In this document: positions 37,846 through 51,830 of the stretch, piece after piece
Layout: each line of letters opens with the position of its first letter
Position numbering within the stretch: position 1 is the first letter of the stretch
Assembly: GCF_006345805.1 (NCBI RefSeq)
Contig: NC_043002.1
Span: 101,432,001-101,496,000 of the forward strand
Direction: 5' to 3'
From: Octopus sinensis
Taxonomy: Eukaryota
DNA: 64,000 bases
Notes under the pieces: generated by a model
Seen by the model: the letters and a program-made list of their open reading frames with translations, nothing else
Told to the model about the DNA's origin: nothing
Databases searched by the model: none
Program-made: the position numbers and the translations under genes

Positions 37846-38085
37846 ACATACGTATATATATATATATATAATATATATGTATATATATATAATATATATA
37901 TATATATGTATGTATGTTTAGGTTACATATATGTAGCACATACACATTCACTCAGATATATATACATAGATATATACACATATGAATACAAGTTGTGATG
38001 CAGAAATCCATATTTACACCTGTGTTTGTACCTGTCTACAAATCTGTATCTATCTATCAATCTATCTATCTATCTATCAATCTAT

Positions 38086-38250
<165 letters not shown>

Positions 38251-38257
38251 AATCTAT

Positions 38258-38299
<42 letters not shown>

Positions 38300-38880
38300 G
38301 TCTATCGGAATTCCAATCACATAAACAATTTCTGGTTCCTTTCGGTCTCTCTATGTAAGGGAGGGAATGTATGTACATAAATACATACATACACCACATC
38401 TATGTATATATGTGTGTGTATGAGTATTTGAGTGTGCGTCTGTGTGTCCGTATCTGTGTGTACAAGCAGACATTCACCACATACATATATGTACATGTAT
38501 ACTGCGCTCTGGATCAACAAACGTGCTTATATAGCGAATGTAATTTTCTCTTATTTTCACATAAAGATTTATGCTTAATAGTATATACATTTATATTTAT
38601 TTACACACACACAAACACACACACACACACACACATACAAACACACACACATATACACACACTCTTACATACACAACCGCGTGTGCACGCATATTCGCAC
38701 AAATACATACGCACGTTTACACAGAATAGATTTAGAAAAAAACAAATCCTGTTCAAAAGAACAGTTTGTTTCTCCACCAAACTTTCCTTTTATAGAACAA
38801 AAGTACTCGATACGAATCTCCCCTTCTTTCATCTTCTTAAAATTTTAAGTTGCTTCCCAATTTGCTCGTCCACCACTTAC

Positions 38881-38961
38881 AAATTCATTTCCTGAAATTT
38901 TATCAAGTCCTTCAATTGATTTTTTTAATGATTTGTTACATTTTTGCTGATTTTCCGCCAT
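38881..38961 (-). CDS. Candidate first coding exon, MAENQQKCNKSLKKSIEGLDKISGNEF
   Basis: AAAATGG start context, in-frame TAA 14 codons upstream, 27 open codons, then a phase-0 GTAAGT donor. A YY1-like CCGCCATTTT overlaps the ATG. No homology recognised. Confidence 0.35.
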
Positions 38962-39170
38962 TTTCCGCCTCCCCCACCACGTTTCTCTTACGACAATTCC
39001 TTACATCTTCTACAAATCCTAAAAACCATTCGAAACCAGCCACACATTTTTTTCTTCTTCTCTGTTTACTAAGTCCCGACATTTACAACTTTTTTTTCGC
39101 ATTAATGCCTTGCGCTTTCTCTCTCTCTACCCCTCTCTCCTCACTTTATCTCTTTCTCTTCTCTCTCTCT

Positions 39171-39208
<38 letters not shown>

Positions 39209-39490
39209 CTCTTTCTCTCGCTCTCTCTCTCTCTCTTATTCTCTGCCGTCTTAGTTCGACATGTTTAGGTTGAATCACTGAAATTTACGAAAACCGACTG
39301 AATCTTAAACTCAATATTTTTTTCTTTTAAAGAAATTTATAATTTATTCATTGCCTCCACCTCTTTTCTTTCCTTTGTTTCCTCTTTCATTCATCACGTG
39401 GTTTGTTCTTTCGTTCCTTTCAATCGGTCCTTCATGTGTTTACTTATCGTTAGAAGCTTTAAGAAAGGAACAACACATCCTTAGACTATA

Positions 39491-39572
<82 letters not shown>

Positions 39573-39579
39573 TAATAAT

Positions 39580-39620
<41 letters not shown>

Positions 39621-39643
39621 AACAACAACAACAACAACAATAC

Positions 39644-39685
<42 letters not shown>

Positions 39686-39719
39686 CAACAACAGCCCTAG
39701 TGATAATCCTTTTTACTAT

Positions 39720-40096
39720 AAGCGCAAGGCATGAGATTTGTTGTGTAGTGGGGCTATTCGACCCCAGCGCGTAACTGGTACTTAATTCATCGACCCCGAA
39801 GCTATGAAAGGCAAAATCGACATCGGCGGAATTTGAACTCGGAACATAGCGACAGGCGAAATACCTATTTCCTTACTATCCACAAGGGGCTAAACACAGA
39901 GGAGACAAACAAGGACAGACAAACGGATTAAGTGGATTATATCGACCCCAGTGCGTAAATGGTACGTAATTTATCGACCCCGAAAGGATGAAAGGCAGAG
40001 TCGACCTCAGCGGAATTTGAACTCAGAACGTAACGGCAGACGAAATACCGCTAAGCATTTCACCCGGCGTGCTAACGTTTCTGCCAGCTCGCCGCC
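39720..40096 (-). mobile_element. SINE family C, dimeric
   Basis: Head GGCGGCGAGCTGGCAGAAACGTTAGC; the body is repeated after AAATAGGTATTTCG, and the second unit has a different tail. Confidence 0.85.
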
Positions 40097-40138
<42 letters not shown>

Positions 40139-41749
40139 TAATAATAATAATAATAATAATAGTAATGAAAAAAATAATAACAACGATGTAAGTCTTAAAG
40201 GTAATATCTCCGGATCTAGACCGTAGAAATGTTTTCTCTCCCTTAATTGGTCTGTATCCTTCTTAGGATATTTTTCATTTCTCTACAAACATTTTGCCTG
40301 TATATTTGCAGTCTGGTTTCTTGCAGAGATCTGAAGCCCCCAACCCGCCCTAGCAAAAAAAAAAAAAATAAAGAGAAAAACAACATAACCAACGACAATA
40401 AAAAATGGAAAATTTTTGTTTTCTTTGTTTCCTTTCCATTAATCAAATTCATTTGATATTTTTTCTGCACTCTAACAAAATATATAAATGATTTAAAAAA
40501 AGTATATCTTTAACATTTTTTTTTCTTACCCATTTTCAAATTATTTTAGACATCTTTTTTTTTCTGTTTTGATTCTTCTTTTTACCGTATTTAAAAAAAA
40601 AATTTAAGAATATTATGTATGTTTTTAGACGTTTTAAACTGAATTCTAATTCCTTATCTTCATTTCTATAAACGATGTCACGTTTTTCTCTCTTGCAAAA
40701 TATTTTCGTTCATTTTATTTTGCAAACGTTTATTCTTTTGAAATACTCTAGTTAATGTTGTTTTTCCTATTATTACTGTTGTTCCCATTCAAAAATATCT
40801 TTTGGTTTATTTAGAAATAACTTTATACGGTCGCTATTTAATTTTTGTAATTCAAATCATTCATATTTTATTACTGTTTATTTAGATTTTAATTTAGTCT
40901 AAAAATTAAAATGTTCCTAAGATATCTTCTTTCTTTCTGTTTTTCTTTACATTATTATTGTTGATAGAATATGAAATTCTTTGAATTTTGTCTTCGTTAA
41001 AGCCATATTGTTGCAGCTATTTTTGCATGGTTTCTTTACAGAGTTCAAATACATATGATGTAAATAGCATATATTCAGGAATATAAATACGTAATACTCT
41101 TTCATAAGAAAAATCAAATTTTATTTACAATAGAGTTCCATTTAGCTATTTAACATCAAATAGTTATATAATCTATCTTCCTATGCACCTCTCTCTCTCT
41201 CTCTTTCTGTGTACGTATATCTATCAATATTATATAATATATCTATCTATCTATCTATATTATATATATATACAGACATACATATGCATATATACACACA
41301 CACACATATATATGCGTATACACATACATATACATACATGCACACATTCACATACATATACAAATACACACACGTGCATATATATATATATATATTATAT
41401 ATATATACGTACATATATTTCTCATGTATTATATATTATATGTGAACTGCAGAGAAATCTATAAACAGATACGATCTTAAATACAAGAACAGAGATTTCT
41501 GCTTCTAGTAAAATGTTGTTTTCGTAATACAGAAACCGTATAACAGAGAGATATATACTGAGCAGACAGCGTCTCATCATTTCGTTATATTTCTCTATCT
41601 TTCTCTTATTCGTGAAGGCATGATTATGCATCTCTAGAAACACACCCACCCACAGACACACATACACACGTAAGTATCTATATACATGTGCGTAGGCTCA
41701 CATATTTGTGTGCGTGTATGCTTTATATAAATTTATGCATTGGGATCAC

Positions 41750-42040
41750 AATCATGAAGTAGTGAGTTCGATCTCCGGACGGGGCTGTGTGTGTTCTTGA
41801 GCAAGACACTTTACTTCACGATGCTCCAGTTCACTCAGCTGTAGAAATGAGTTGCGATGTCATTGGTGCCAAGTTGTATCGGCCCCTTTGCCTTTCCCTT
41901 TGCTAACATCGGTGGCGTGGAGAGAAGCATGGGCAACTACTGGTCTTGCACAAACAACCTTGACCGGCCTTATGCCTCGGAAGGGAAGTATCTAGGTGCA
42001 ATCCCATGGTCATTCATGACCGAAGGGGGTCTTTAGCCTT
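41750..42040 (+). mobile_element. SINE family D, 5'-eroded
   Basis: B-box-like GAGTTCGATCTCC then TTGAGCAAGACACTTTAC..GCTCCAGTTCACTCAGCTG, a central domain typical of deeply conserved metazoan SINEs. Confidence 0.55.
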
Positions 42041-42519
42041 ATATATATATATATATATATATATATTGAAATAGATAAATGAATTATCTTGTTAAGGATT
42101 ATTCAAAATTTAACCGATCCCGGGTAGCAAAAATCACAACAGAAAAGACACGGTTGAAGTTACGACCTTGGGGTGTCTCAACCGTGCCTTAGCCGAGTTT
42201 TGTGCTTTCATGGGCTCCTAAGGAGCGCTTTGTTCTACCTTGCTGAGCATTTGTTTTGGATTTTTAAATTCCTGGACTTTCCTGAAGAGAATGCTGCAAA
42301 TGGTCTCCTTATTCAATCCGAATTTGGAAATTTGCGGCCTTTGAAACATGTGTAGAAGATAATAAAAGGAATTATGTAGAATCTTCGTTCAGCTCCATTC
42401 TTCCCTTCACTATATATATAATATATTATATATACTATAATATATATATATGATATATTTATATATATATATATATATTATATATAATATATATATAAGG
42501 AGCATTCTTTCGGTTACGA

Positions 42520-42795
42520 CGACGACGATTCCAGCTGATCGATCAAGAACAGCTTGTTCGTGAAATTAACGTGTGAGTGGCTGAGCACTCCACAGACACG
42601 TGTACCCCTAGCGTGACACAGGCTGTGACAAGGCTGGCCCTTTGAAACATAGGTACTACTCATTTTTGCCAGCTGAGTTGACTGGAGCAAGGTGGAATAA
42701 AGTGTCTTGCTCAAGAACACAACCAGTCGCCGGAAATTGAACTCACGGCCTAACGATCGTGAGCCGAATGCCCTAACCACTAAGCCACGTGTCTT
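42520..42795 (-). mobile_element. SINE related to family B
   Basis: tRNA-like head plus a 3' half matching family B. Confidence 0.75.
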
Positions 42796-42918
42796 CCTTT
42801 ATATTTCAGTCCCACTGTGTGACACCTTGGGCTAACTAATACTTTGTGTATGGCTTTGGTACACTAAAATAAGTCGCCTGTCGCATATGTATGAGTGTAT
42901 ATGTGTATATATGTGTGT

Positions 42919-43298
42919 GGAGGCGCAATGGCCCAGTGGTTAGCGCAGCAGACTCGCGGTCGTAGGATCGCGGTTTCGATTCCCAGACCGGGCGTTGTGA
43001 GTGTTTATTGAGCGAAAACACCTAAAGCTTCACGAGGCTCCGGCAGGGATGGTGGTGATCCCTGCTGTACTCTTTCACCACAACTTTCTCTCACTCTTAC
43101 TTCCTGTTTCTGTTGTACCTGTATTTCAAAGGGCCGGCCTTGTCACTCTCTGTGTCACGCTGAATATCCCCGAGAATTACGTTAAGGGTACACGTGTCTG
43201 TGGAGTGCTCAGCCACTTACACGTTAATTTCACGAGCAGGCTGTTCCGTTGATCGGATCAACCGGAACCCTCGTCGTCGTAACCGACAGAGTGCTTCC
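42919..43298 (+). mobile_element. SINE family B, full length
   Basis: A and B boxes present; copies at 12098, 28334, 32275-32445 (minus) and 48690. Confidence 0.9.
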
Positions 43299-44039
43299 AT
43301 CCATATGTGTGTATGTGTGTGTGTGTGTATCTGAGTGTGTGTGTGTATGTATGTGCGTTGTGTGCTTTTATGTCTGTGTTTGCCCACCACCACCACTACC
43401 ACCACCGCTTGACAACCGATGTTGGTACATTTTTGTCCACGTAAATTAGCGGTTCGACAGATGATTTCCAGTATGGCCCTCCCTAGTCTAATGACGAGAA
43501 CAAATAAAGAATAAAAGATAAAATATTACATTATGAGGAATGCATCTCCTCCGAGGAAACCGTGGTCTGCTTTACATGTTTCTCTTACATCCATGCGTTT
43601 TGGAATTCTTTATATTTTTTTCTAGCTCCGATCGATACTTAGAGAAATGCAAGAGAAAAGCGTCACTCCGTATTGCATCACGTCAGACACCGTTTTTTAA
43701 AGTTACCTGAGTCTTAAAAGGGTGGATTGCTTTGTCGAATAGCCATAGTTGTAAGCTGGAAATCGGCGCTGACGTGCACACTCACACTCATTCATGCATT
43801 TAGTCATTGAAGAGAAGCCTCGGAGCCAAGATTAAGAAAAAGAAGAAAAAAAAAAGAAAATGTTTCTACGTTACATTCTAAATGGATTACATCATTTTAG
43901 GAATTGCGGTAATTTAATCATTTGATTAAATATATCAAAGGATGATGATGACGATGATGATGATGATGATGATGATAATGATGATGATGATGAAGATCTA
44001 TACAAAGGAGGATGAGGAAAGAGTAAGAAAATGAAGAAG

Positions 44040-44089
<50 letters not shown>

Positions 44090-44415
44090 GAAGAATAATA
44101 ATAATAATACGAAGAAGAAGCAGAAGAAGAAGAAGAAGAAGAAGAAGAAGAAGAAGAAGAAGAAAAAGAAGAAAGATCAATACGAAAACAGCAGCAATTG
44201 AGGCTTCTGTTACTACTATTAGCAACAACAAATCAAAATAATATTATCAATAATAATAATATATGAATAATAATAACACACGTAGATACATATAGCCATA
44301 CACTGTGTTATATGTTCACATTGTACACGCACATCGCCATGCGTGCTTCTAGCATTTCATGTGCAACATAGAATATAGATAATAATGTGCGTATATATGT
44401 ATATGTAATACATAT

Positions 44416-44456
<41 letters not shown>

Positions 44457-44500
44457 TATATATATAGATATATATATATATTATATATATATATATATTA

Positions 44501-44534
<34 letters not shown>

Positions 44535-44594
44535 GATATCTATTATATCTATATATATATATATATATATTATATAATATATATATGTATATAA

Positions 44595-44818
44595 GGCGGC
44601 GAGCTGGCAGAAACGTTAGCACGCCGGGCGAAATGCGTAGCCGTATTTCGTCTGCCGTTACGTTCTGAGTTCAATACCGCCGAGGTCGACTTTGCCTTCA
44701 TTCTTTCGGGGTCGATAAATTAAGTACCAGTTATGCACTGGGGTCGATGTAATCGACTTAATCCGTTTGTCTGTCCTTGTTTGTTCCCTCTACGTTTAGC
44801 CCCTTGTGGGCAGTAAAG

Positions 44819-44821
<3 letters not shown>
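44595..44821 (+). mobile_element. SINE family C, monomer in (TA)n
   Basis: Full head-to-AAAGAAAT tail. Confidence 0.9.
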
Positions 44822-44868
<47 letters not shown>

Positions 44869-44934
44869 GATATCGTTAGCTCCTACACACGCATTTTTTC
44901 TCTCCTTGTTTCTCTCCTCGTTTTTTTCTGCGTA

Positions 44935-44972
44935 TCTTTCTGTCGAAGAGCGTAGGCTCGAAATGTAAAAGA
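44935..44972 (+). ncRNA. Hammerhead-like motif with CUGUCGA core in a pLTR-like element (about 44870-45065)
   Basis: UCUUU CUGUCGA A GAGC GUAG GCUC GAAAUGUA AAAGA; same helix II and downstream CTGAGCG..CTAATAC as the 29.78-kb copy. Confidence 0.55.
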
Positions 44973-45063
44973 CTTGTTCTATCTCTATTCCTGAGCGCCA
45001 TACTAATACATTTGTTTGCTTGTACTCCCCCTGCCTTCGTCTTTTCTTCGTAAATTTTCCCGT

Positions 45064-45130
<67 letters not shown>

Positions 45131-45538
45131 GTATATCATATAATATGTCTGTATTCGGACTGTTCTGCATACTGGCCACCAGAACTCCCTCCTTCACCGT
45201 GAAAAGTGATTGATCTTCTCTCTTCGTTCCTTTGCTCCACGCATGCGCTCAACTCCCCCCCTCTCTTCATCTGACACTAACTTCACCCCTTCTCTTCATT
45301 TCTCACCTACCCCACACGGACTCCCACTCATGTTGCGGAGTCAGCAGCCCGCTCCACCTACATACATGCGTACCACGCACCTTGGCATCCTCACCCAAAT
45401 ACACCACTATACACACGCTCATACACACTGTTCAACTCACTACTCACTTCACACACCATTACGCACACACACACACATATCAAACTCGCTTGCCACCCAT
45501 TCATACACACACACTTACACACTCACGCACACTATTCT

Positions 45539-46350
45539 TATTTCTTTATTGCCCACAAGGGGTTAAACACAGAGAGGACAAACAAGGACAGACAAATGGA
45601 TTAAGTCGATTACATCGACCCCAGTGCGTAACTGGTACTTAATTTATCGACCTCGAAAGGACGAAAGGCAAAGTCGACCTCGGCGGAATTTGATCTCAGA
45701 ACATAGCGACAGGCGAAATACCTATTTCTTTACTACCCACAAGGGGCTAAACACAGAGAGGACAAACAAGGACAGACAAATGGATTAAGTCGATTATATC
45801 GACCCCAGTGCGTAACTGGTACTTATTTAATCGATTCCGAAAGGATGAAAGTATTCGAACACTTTAAACAGTGTAGCTATATACTGCAATTTGACCATCA
45901 TTTTTAGGTTTTCGTTCTCCATTGGGATTAATTGAAATATATTTCTTTACTACCCACAAGGGGCGAAACATAGAGGGAACAAACAAGGACAGACAAAGGG
46001 ATTAAGTTGATTACATCGAACCCAGTGCGAAACTGGTACTTTATTTATCGACCCCGAAAGGATGAAAGGCAAAGTCGACATCGGAGGAATTTGAACTCAA
46101 AACGTAACGACAGACGAAATACCTATTTCTTTATTACCCACAAGGGGCTAAACACAGAGGGAACAAACAAGGACAGACATAGGTATTAAGTCGATTACAT
46201 CGACCCAGTTCGTAACTGGTACGTAATTTATCGACCCCGAAAGGATGAAAGGCAAAGTCGACCTCGGAGGAATTTGAACTCAGAACGTAACGACAGACGA
46301 AATACCGGTAAGCATTTCGCCCGGAGCGCTAACGTTTGTGCCAGCTCGCC
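45539..46350 (-). mobile_element. SINE family C multimer (one head, four bodies)
   Basis: The tail AAAGAAATAGGTATTTCG re-enters the body at about 46125 and 45720; an unrelated spacer lies at 45850-45940. Confidence 0.85.
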
Positions 46351-47175
46351 GGGATTAATTGAAATAGTGATATTTAATCTTTGTATAATGCCTTCAAGTT
46401 TGAAGAGCTGTAGAGTTGCTTATATCGACAATACTTGTTTGACTGGTAAGACAGTCGGTGAGCGGAGTTATTACGACGAGTTACAAACGCAGTCGTAAAT
46501 GCCTCTTCTCATTGTGATCTGAGTTCAAATTCCGCCGTGTTCAGCTGAGCCTTTCATCCGACTAAGAACAATAAATTAAATACGGGGGTCAGCGTTTTCT
46601 CTCTTTCTTTCATTCTTCGTTCATTAATTTCTTCTTGCACCTTCCTCGTTATTCATTATCTTTATCATCTTCTCCTCCGCCTTTTGCCCTTGTTCTTCTC
46701 TTCTCCATGTCTTGGTCGTTAGCGTAATAGTAGTATTAGTAGTAGTAGTAGTAGTAGTTGTTGTTGTTGTTGTTGTTGTTCTTCTTCTTCTTCTTCTTCT
46801 TCTTCTTCTTCTTCTTCTTCTTCTTCAGGTCCTTCCCCATTTCAATAGAAAAGAAAGTAGTACTTTATAACGTAAGACACTTTAAGGACTTTAAGCGCTT
46901 CCCAGCATTGTATTATTTTTTAATTGTCTTTACTTTGTCAGTCCCGGAATGCTAAAACACACCGCCACCACCACCATCCTCACAACACCACGTACAACAG
47001 CACCCCTCCCCCCGCAGTAGAACTAACGCTTTCACTACCACCACCGCCACCACCACCAGCATCGCAACCACCACTATCATGACCAACAGAACTACAACCA
47101 CCACCATTATTACTACTATCACTACAACCATCACCATCACCCCCGACCACCACCACCACTAAGACCACCATCACC

Positions 47176-47207
<32 letters not shown>

Positions 47208-47974
47208 CAACAACACCATCAACACCACCACCACCACCACCACTATTCTTGTGCATATTAACATAACTTATATTTTAAAGAATGTCAGAGAATAGTTGAA
47301 GCCAGTGTATCCATTTCTCTACAGAACCAGCCATAAATCGCCATTCATTGAAATGTTAAATCAAATAAATATTATCGTCAGATATAATGGCGGTTATCTA
47401 CAGAGCAAATAACTGTTTCCAAATAAGCGACTTATTTATTTATACGATTGAGAGATGGGGAGAGAGAGAGGGGGAGAAAGAGGAAAGTGAGAGGGAAACG
47501 GAGAGTAGGAGAGGGATTGAAAAGACACAGAAACACACAAAGAAGAGAAGAAAACAAACAAACAAAGAAACAAAACTGCAAAAAGCAAATCTATGTTTAT
47601 TGAAAAATCATGTCTATTGATATTCGATCATATGAAGCGAGTGTCAGAAACATACGGTACTGAAAATATAATTGGAAGAATATTTAACAGAATTGTTGGT
47701 GTAGTAAAGCGTTCCGCAATCCTGGTAATAGAATCCTGCTATGTCGTGACATAAATCTATTCCGGTTGCTATTATATAATCGTGGTTTGATGTAAAGAAA
47801 TACGAACGTTCGCTTCGTTGTTTGCTCACATTAAACTCCATTTTTTAAGCATTAATAAACTTGTTTATCACTGTTGTTATTTTGGTTAACTTCAACCCTC
47901 ACTGACTGACCTCTCTCTGGCGTTCAGGATTGACCACACACACACACATACAGTAATAAACATATATACTTATG

Positions 47975-48146
47975 TACACAAATACAAGAGAGTGTCCACT
48001 ATGTGGTCGACTCTTGCGCTAAAAATAGATCCGCTATGGTCTCAACCACCAAGAATTGGAAACAATTCTTGGTGGTTGAGACCATAGCAGATCTATTTTT
48101 AGCGCAAGAGTCGACCACATAGTGGACACTCTCTTATATTTGTGTA
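47975..48146. repeat. Hairpin: 84-bp arms, GAAA loop (48059-48062), 2 mismatches
   Basis: Direct reverse-complement comparison. Confidence 0.95.
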
Positions 48147-48689
48147 TTAATGTTTACTGTATCCCTGGTTTTTATGCGCTAAAGCACTTGGTGTTAAATT
48201 GATGTTATTATTAAATTAATATCCAATATTTTCACCCTTAGTTTTGATTTATATACTTATATATGTATACATCCATGTATATATACTTATGTATAATTAT
48301 GAGTTAGAGGTTATGCAACCGTCTAAGGGATAAATGTATTCGTAGGCACTACTGGTGTATTACCTCACTATGTATAGGCCTTGCTAACAGTATTTGGTAA
48401 TTTAAATGGTAAAACCATGTTTAATATATTTACATAAGAAAATATAGCCATGTTATGTTGGCAAACAATCTTTACCACAAAATGCTGTTGCTGGTGCTGA
48501 TGCTGCTGTTGTTGCTGTTGAGCGAACGGTCTTCGTTCCAGAGCTCACAAGATGGGAGAAGTCCGAAACATGGTCCTTTGCTATTCGTAAGACCCGCAGA
48601 AGAGAAAGCAGGTCAATCCCCGACACCGAGAGCATTGACGGATGGTTAAATGCGCATCCAGGCTTAGCGGTTGCGTAGGAAGTCGGGGA

Positions 48690-48886
48690 CAGGAGACAGG
48701 AAGAAAGAGTGGGAGAAAGTTGGGGTGAAGGAGTACAACAGGGGACGCCACCACCTCCTGCCGGAGCCTCGTGGAGCTTTAGGTAATTTCGCTCAATAAA
48801 CACACACAACGTCCGGTCTGGGAATCGAAACCGCGATCCTCTGACCGCGAGTCTGATGCCCTAACCACTGGGCCATTTCGCCTCCA
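48690..48886 (-). mobile_element. SINE family B 5' part
   Basis: Reverse complement of the family B head. Confidence 0.8.
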
Positions 48887-49489
48887 CTTACTGTTGGTGA
48901 ATATCTCACGTTGTGAGATTTAAAAACTAATTTTCTAAGAAAACATATTCCTTCAATTCCTTATCTGATTATATTATACGTATACATCTGCATATAAATA
49001 CTTACATATATATTTACCTGCATACAAAGACACAGGCACATATACACACATATGCTTATACAAGCTAAGAGAAACAACTCAGGGCCGGAAGGCATGTATA
49101 TGATGAACAACAGAGAAACGTAGACAAATAAATGTCGGCCAAATAACACAAGACCTAAATTCTTGCTTTTATAATCTGTCTGCTTCTTGATGTTGTATCG
49201 CAAGTGCCAAATAGCAACTTCGGCCACCTCCCTAAGAAAAGGGGAGGAAATAACATCAATTATGAAGAATTGTGCAGCATTGACACGCCATGGGCTTATA
49301 GTCTGGAGATAACATTTGAGTCGCAGACGGCACTCGTGCAAAGCTATCTCCAGGCAACGAGCATAAACGTATGCAAAAAGAGTAAAGCACAGGCACACAC
49401 ATTCACGCACACACACACACACTTTATATATATATATATATATGCATACATCACATATACATAGACATGTATATGAATTATCTTGTATC

Positions 49490-49534
<45 letters not shown>

Positions 49535-49751
49535 ATCTATTACCACAAGGGGCTAAAGACAGAGGGGACAAACAGGACAGACATGTATTAGGTCGATACA
49601 TCGACATATACTGTATGGTATTATTTATCGACCCCGAAGGATGAAAGGCAAAGTCGAACCTCGGCGGAATTTGAACTCAGAACGTTAACGACAGACGAAA
49701 TACGGCTACGCATTTCGCCCGGCGTGCTACGTTTCTGCCAGCTCGCCGCCT
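49535..49751 (-). mobile_element. SINE family C monomer
   Basis: Reverse complement of 44595-44821. Confidence 0.85.
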
Positions 49752-49779
49752 TTATATATATATATATATATACCGGAGT

Positions 49780-49824
49780 AAACTGTCCGACGAACGGGAA
49801 CGTGAAACTCAGAATAACAGGTTT
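49780..49824 (+). ncRNA. Degenerate minimal hammerhead in an ~85-bp TA-flanked element (49772-49855)
   Basis: AAACUGU CCGACGA ACG GGAA CGU GAAAC UCAGAAU A ACAGGUUU; helix III is imperfect. Confidence 0.55.
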
Positions 49825-50149
49825 TGTTGAATTTTCTGCTGCTTTGAAATAAAGCATATATATATATATATATATATCTATAGGCGTAGGAGTGGCTGTG
49901 TGGTAAGTAGCTTGCTTACGCATGCGTGTTTATTAGTTGCTTATCGGATTGAACACTGTCAAGACGTGCGTTGGTGTCCGTCTTGAACCGAAGAACTGTT
50001 GAAGAGGCGCGACTGCAAGGTAGGCACATGTTCTTTTTTTTAAGGGACATAGAGGGGAATATGCTGTATGACATTGTTTTTCCTTTTTTCATGTAAGAAA
50101 TCCCTACCAGGTCTCGAACATTTGTCTGTTGCTGTCGCGCTGAGTAATT

Positions 50150-51830
50150 CACTTAGCGGTGAGAATTGCTTTGTTTTGGTGGGCGTGACTCGCTACCAAA
50201 ATTTCAAAAGTTTATAAAAATTCGACCCATTCGTGGAGGAATTTTTATTTATATTTCTTTTTCTGCTACGGTGAACTGGAGTAACTGTGTGAAGCGATAT
50301 TCTGGAGGATTACCTGTGGATTATTTGCGGATTATCCATGGACCCGTATTACCTAAGTGGCGGAATTGTGTTGCCGTGCTGGAACTGTCTTCCTTCGTTC
50401 CTTTATCTACTCTGTCTTTCTGTTCTTTCTTTGTGTTTCTTTGAACTTTTTTTGACCATTTTCCTGTTTTTTTTTTTTGCAAAGCATGGCAAAAAATAAA
50501 AATACTGTCTTGGAGTGGAAAATTGTGCCCAAGAAGTGGGTAAAAGATCTTAAAGAGAGAATAGTGGTGTTGAGGACATATTCCTAGTCCCTCGACACCA
50601 TCACTGTGTTCACTCAGGTAGACATTGAGAAGGAGTTGGCAGAATACCTGCCAACCATCAAGATTATTGCAAGGGGTATCAAATATGCAACAGTGTGGTT
50701 GCTATTTGATACCCCTGAGGAGGCTCGCATTTTTGCGAGCCAGCGCCTGGAAGGGGAGAAAATCCTGTTTCTTCCACCATATCGTGGGAGGAAATTGACA
50801 AGTGCTTGGGTGTGTGGGCTGCCACCTGGAATAGAGCCCGGGTGTATAGAGGACACTATCCGCCTTGGCCTGGGTGGCAGCGGACCCAAGCTCTTGAATG
50901 TTAAAATGATGCATGCGGCTGATCGGGTGACCCGCTGGACCCAATCAGCTGATGATCTGGTGTTCCCAGATTTTTTGAGGATGGCCGGGTCCAGGTATCC
51001 GGTGATTCTTGAGGGACGCCCCTCCACCAAGTGTCATCAGTGCCTGGAGCCTGGCCACATTAAGGACTGTCCCAAGGACCAGAGCAGGATCCTGGAGCAG
51101 CTAGTTGTGGAAGAATCTTCTCATTCCTCCTCCGGAAAGAGAGATGGAGGAGGAGAGAGTGACCCCCCACCCCGAAGAAAGGGGAGAAAAAGGAAGAAGG
51201 GGAGCAAAAATGGTTGCTCTCCGAGAGATCCCGGGGTTGCGGGAGGAAGCGAGGTTCCTCCGGTTATAGCGAAGGAACCAACCCCTCCCTCTCCAAAGAT
51301 AGAAAAGAAAAAAGAATGGGACAGTGCCGGAGGTATCCATTGTACTGCCGGCATGTCTCGAGGCCTCTTCGGTGGGAATCGTGCCACCTACAAAGTAAGC
51401 TGTAACTGCGTCGGTTGTGTCACCGGCTAAGGAAGAGACACCGTTGGCGGTATAATTCCCGGGAATTATACCACCAACGGTAGAATTGATAACCTCGACC
51501 CTGGAGGAAGACAAATTATTCGTCTTCTTCTACAGAGGTGGAGAGGTAGAAAAGGTGGTGGAAAAACACTATAAGGGAATACCTTTAACTTTCACAAGGG
51601 AACCCGAATGACCTCCGCAGATAGCTGTGGAGGCCAAAGCGTTGCCCGTGATAGGTAGGCTGGAGTGACCCAAAAAGAAATATCGCATGTGGCCGGGCCA
51701 CGCCGACACGGAGCCCGCCTTGGTTTTAAACAAGTCGTGGGTAATGGCGGAGTATACGGGCACAGGCGAAGTTGGGGAGGAAAATTGACGATATTGTAAT
51801 GCTTAAGTGTGTAAGAGGCTCAGCGCCTCA
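50150..51830 (+). mobile_element. Tx1/L1-like LINE 5' portion (5'UTR, ORF1, possible decayed ORF2 start)
   Basis: ATG at 50486; RRM-like region; knuckle CHQCLEPGHIKDC; basic/Pro-rich tail with stops. Homologous to 1-800. Confidence 0.75.
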
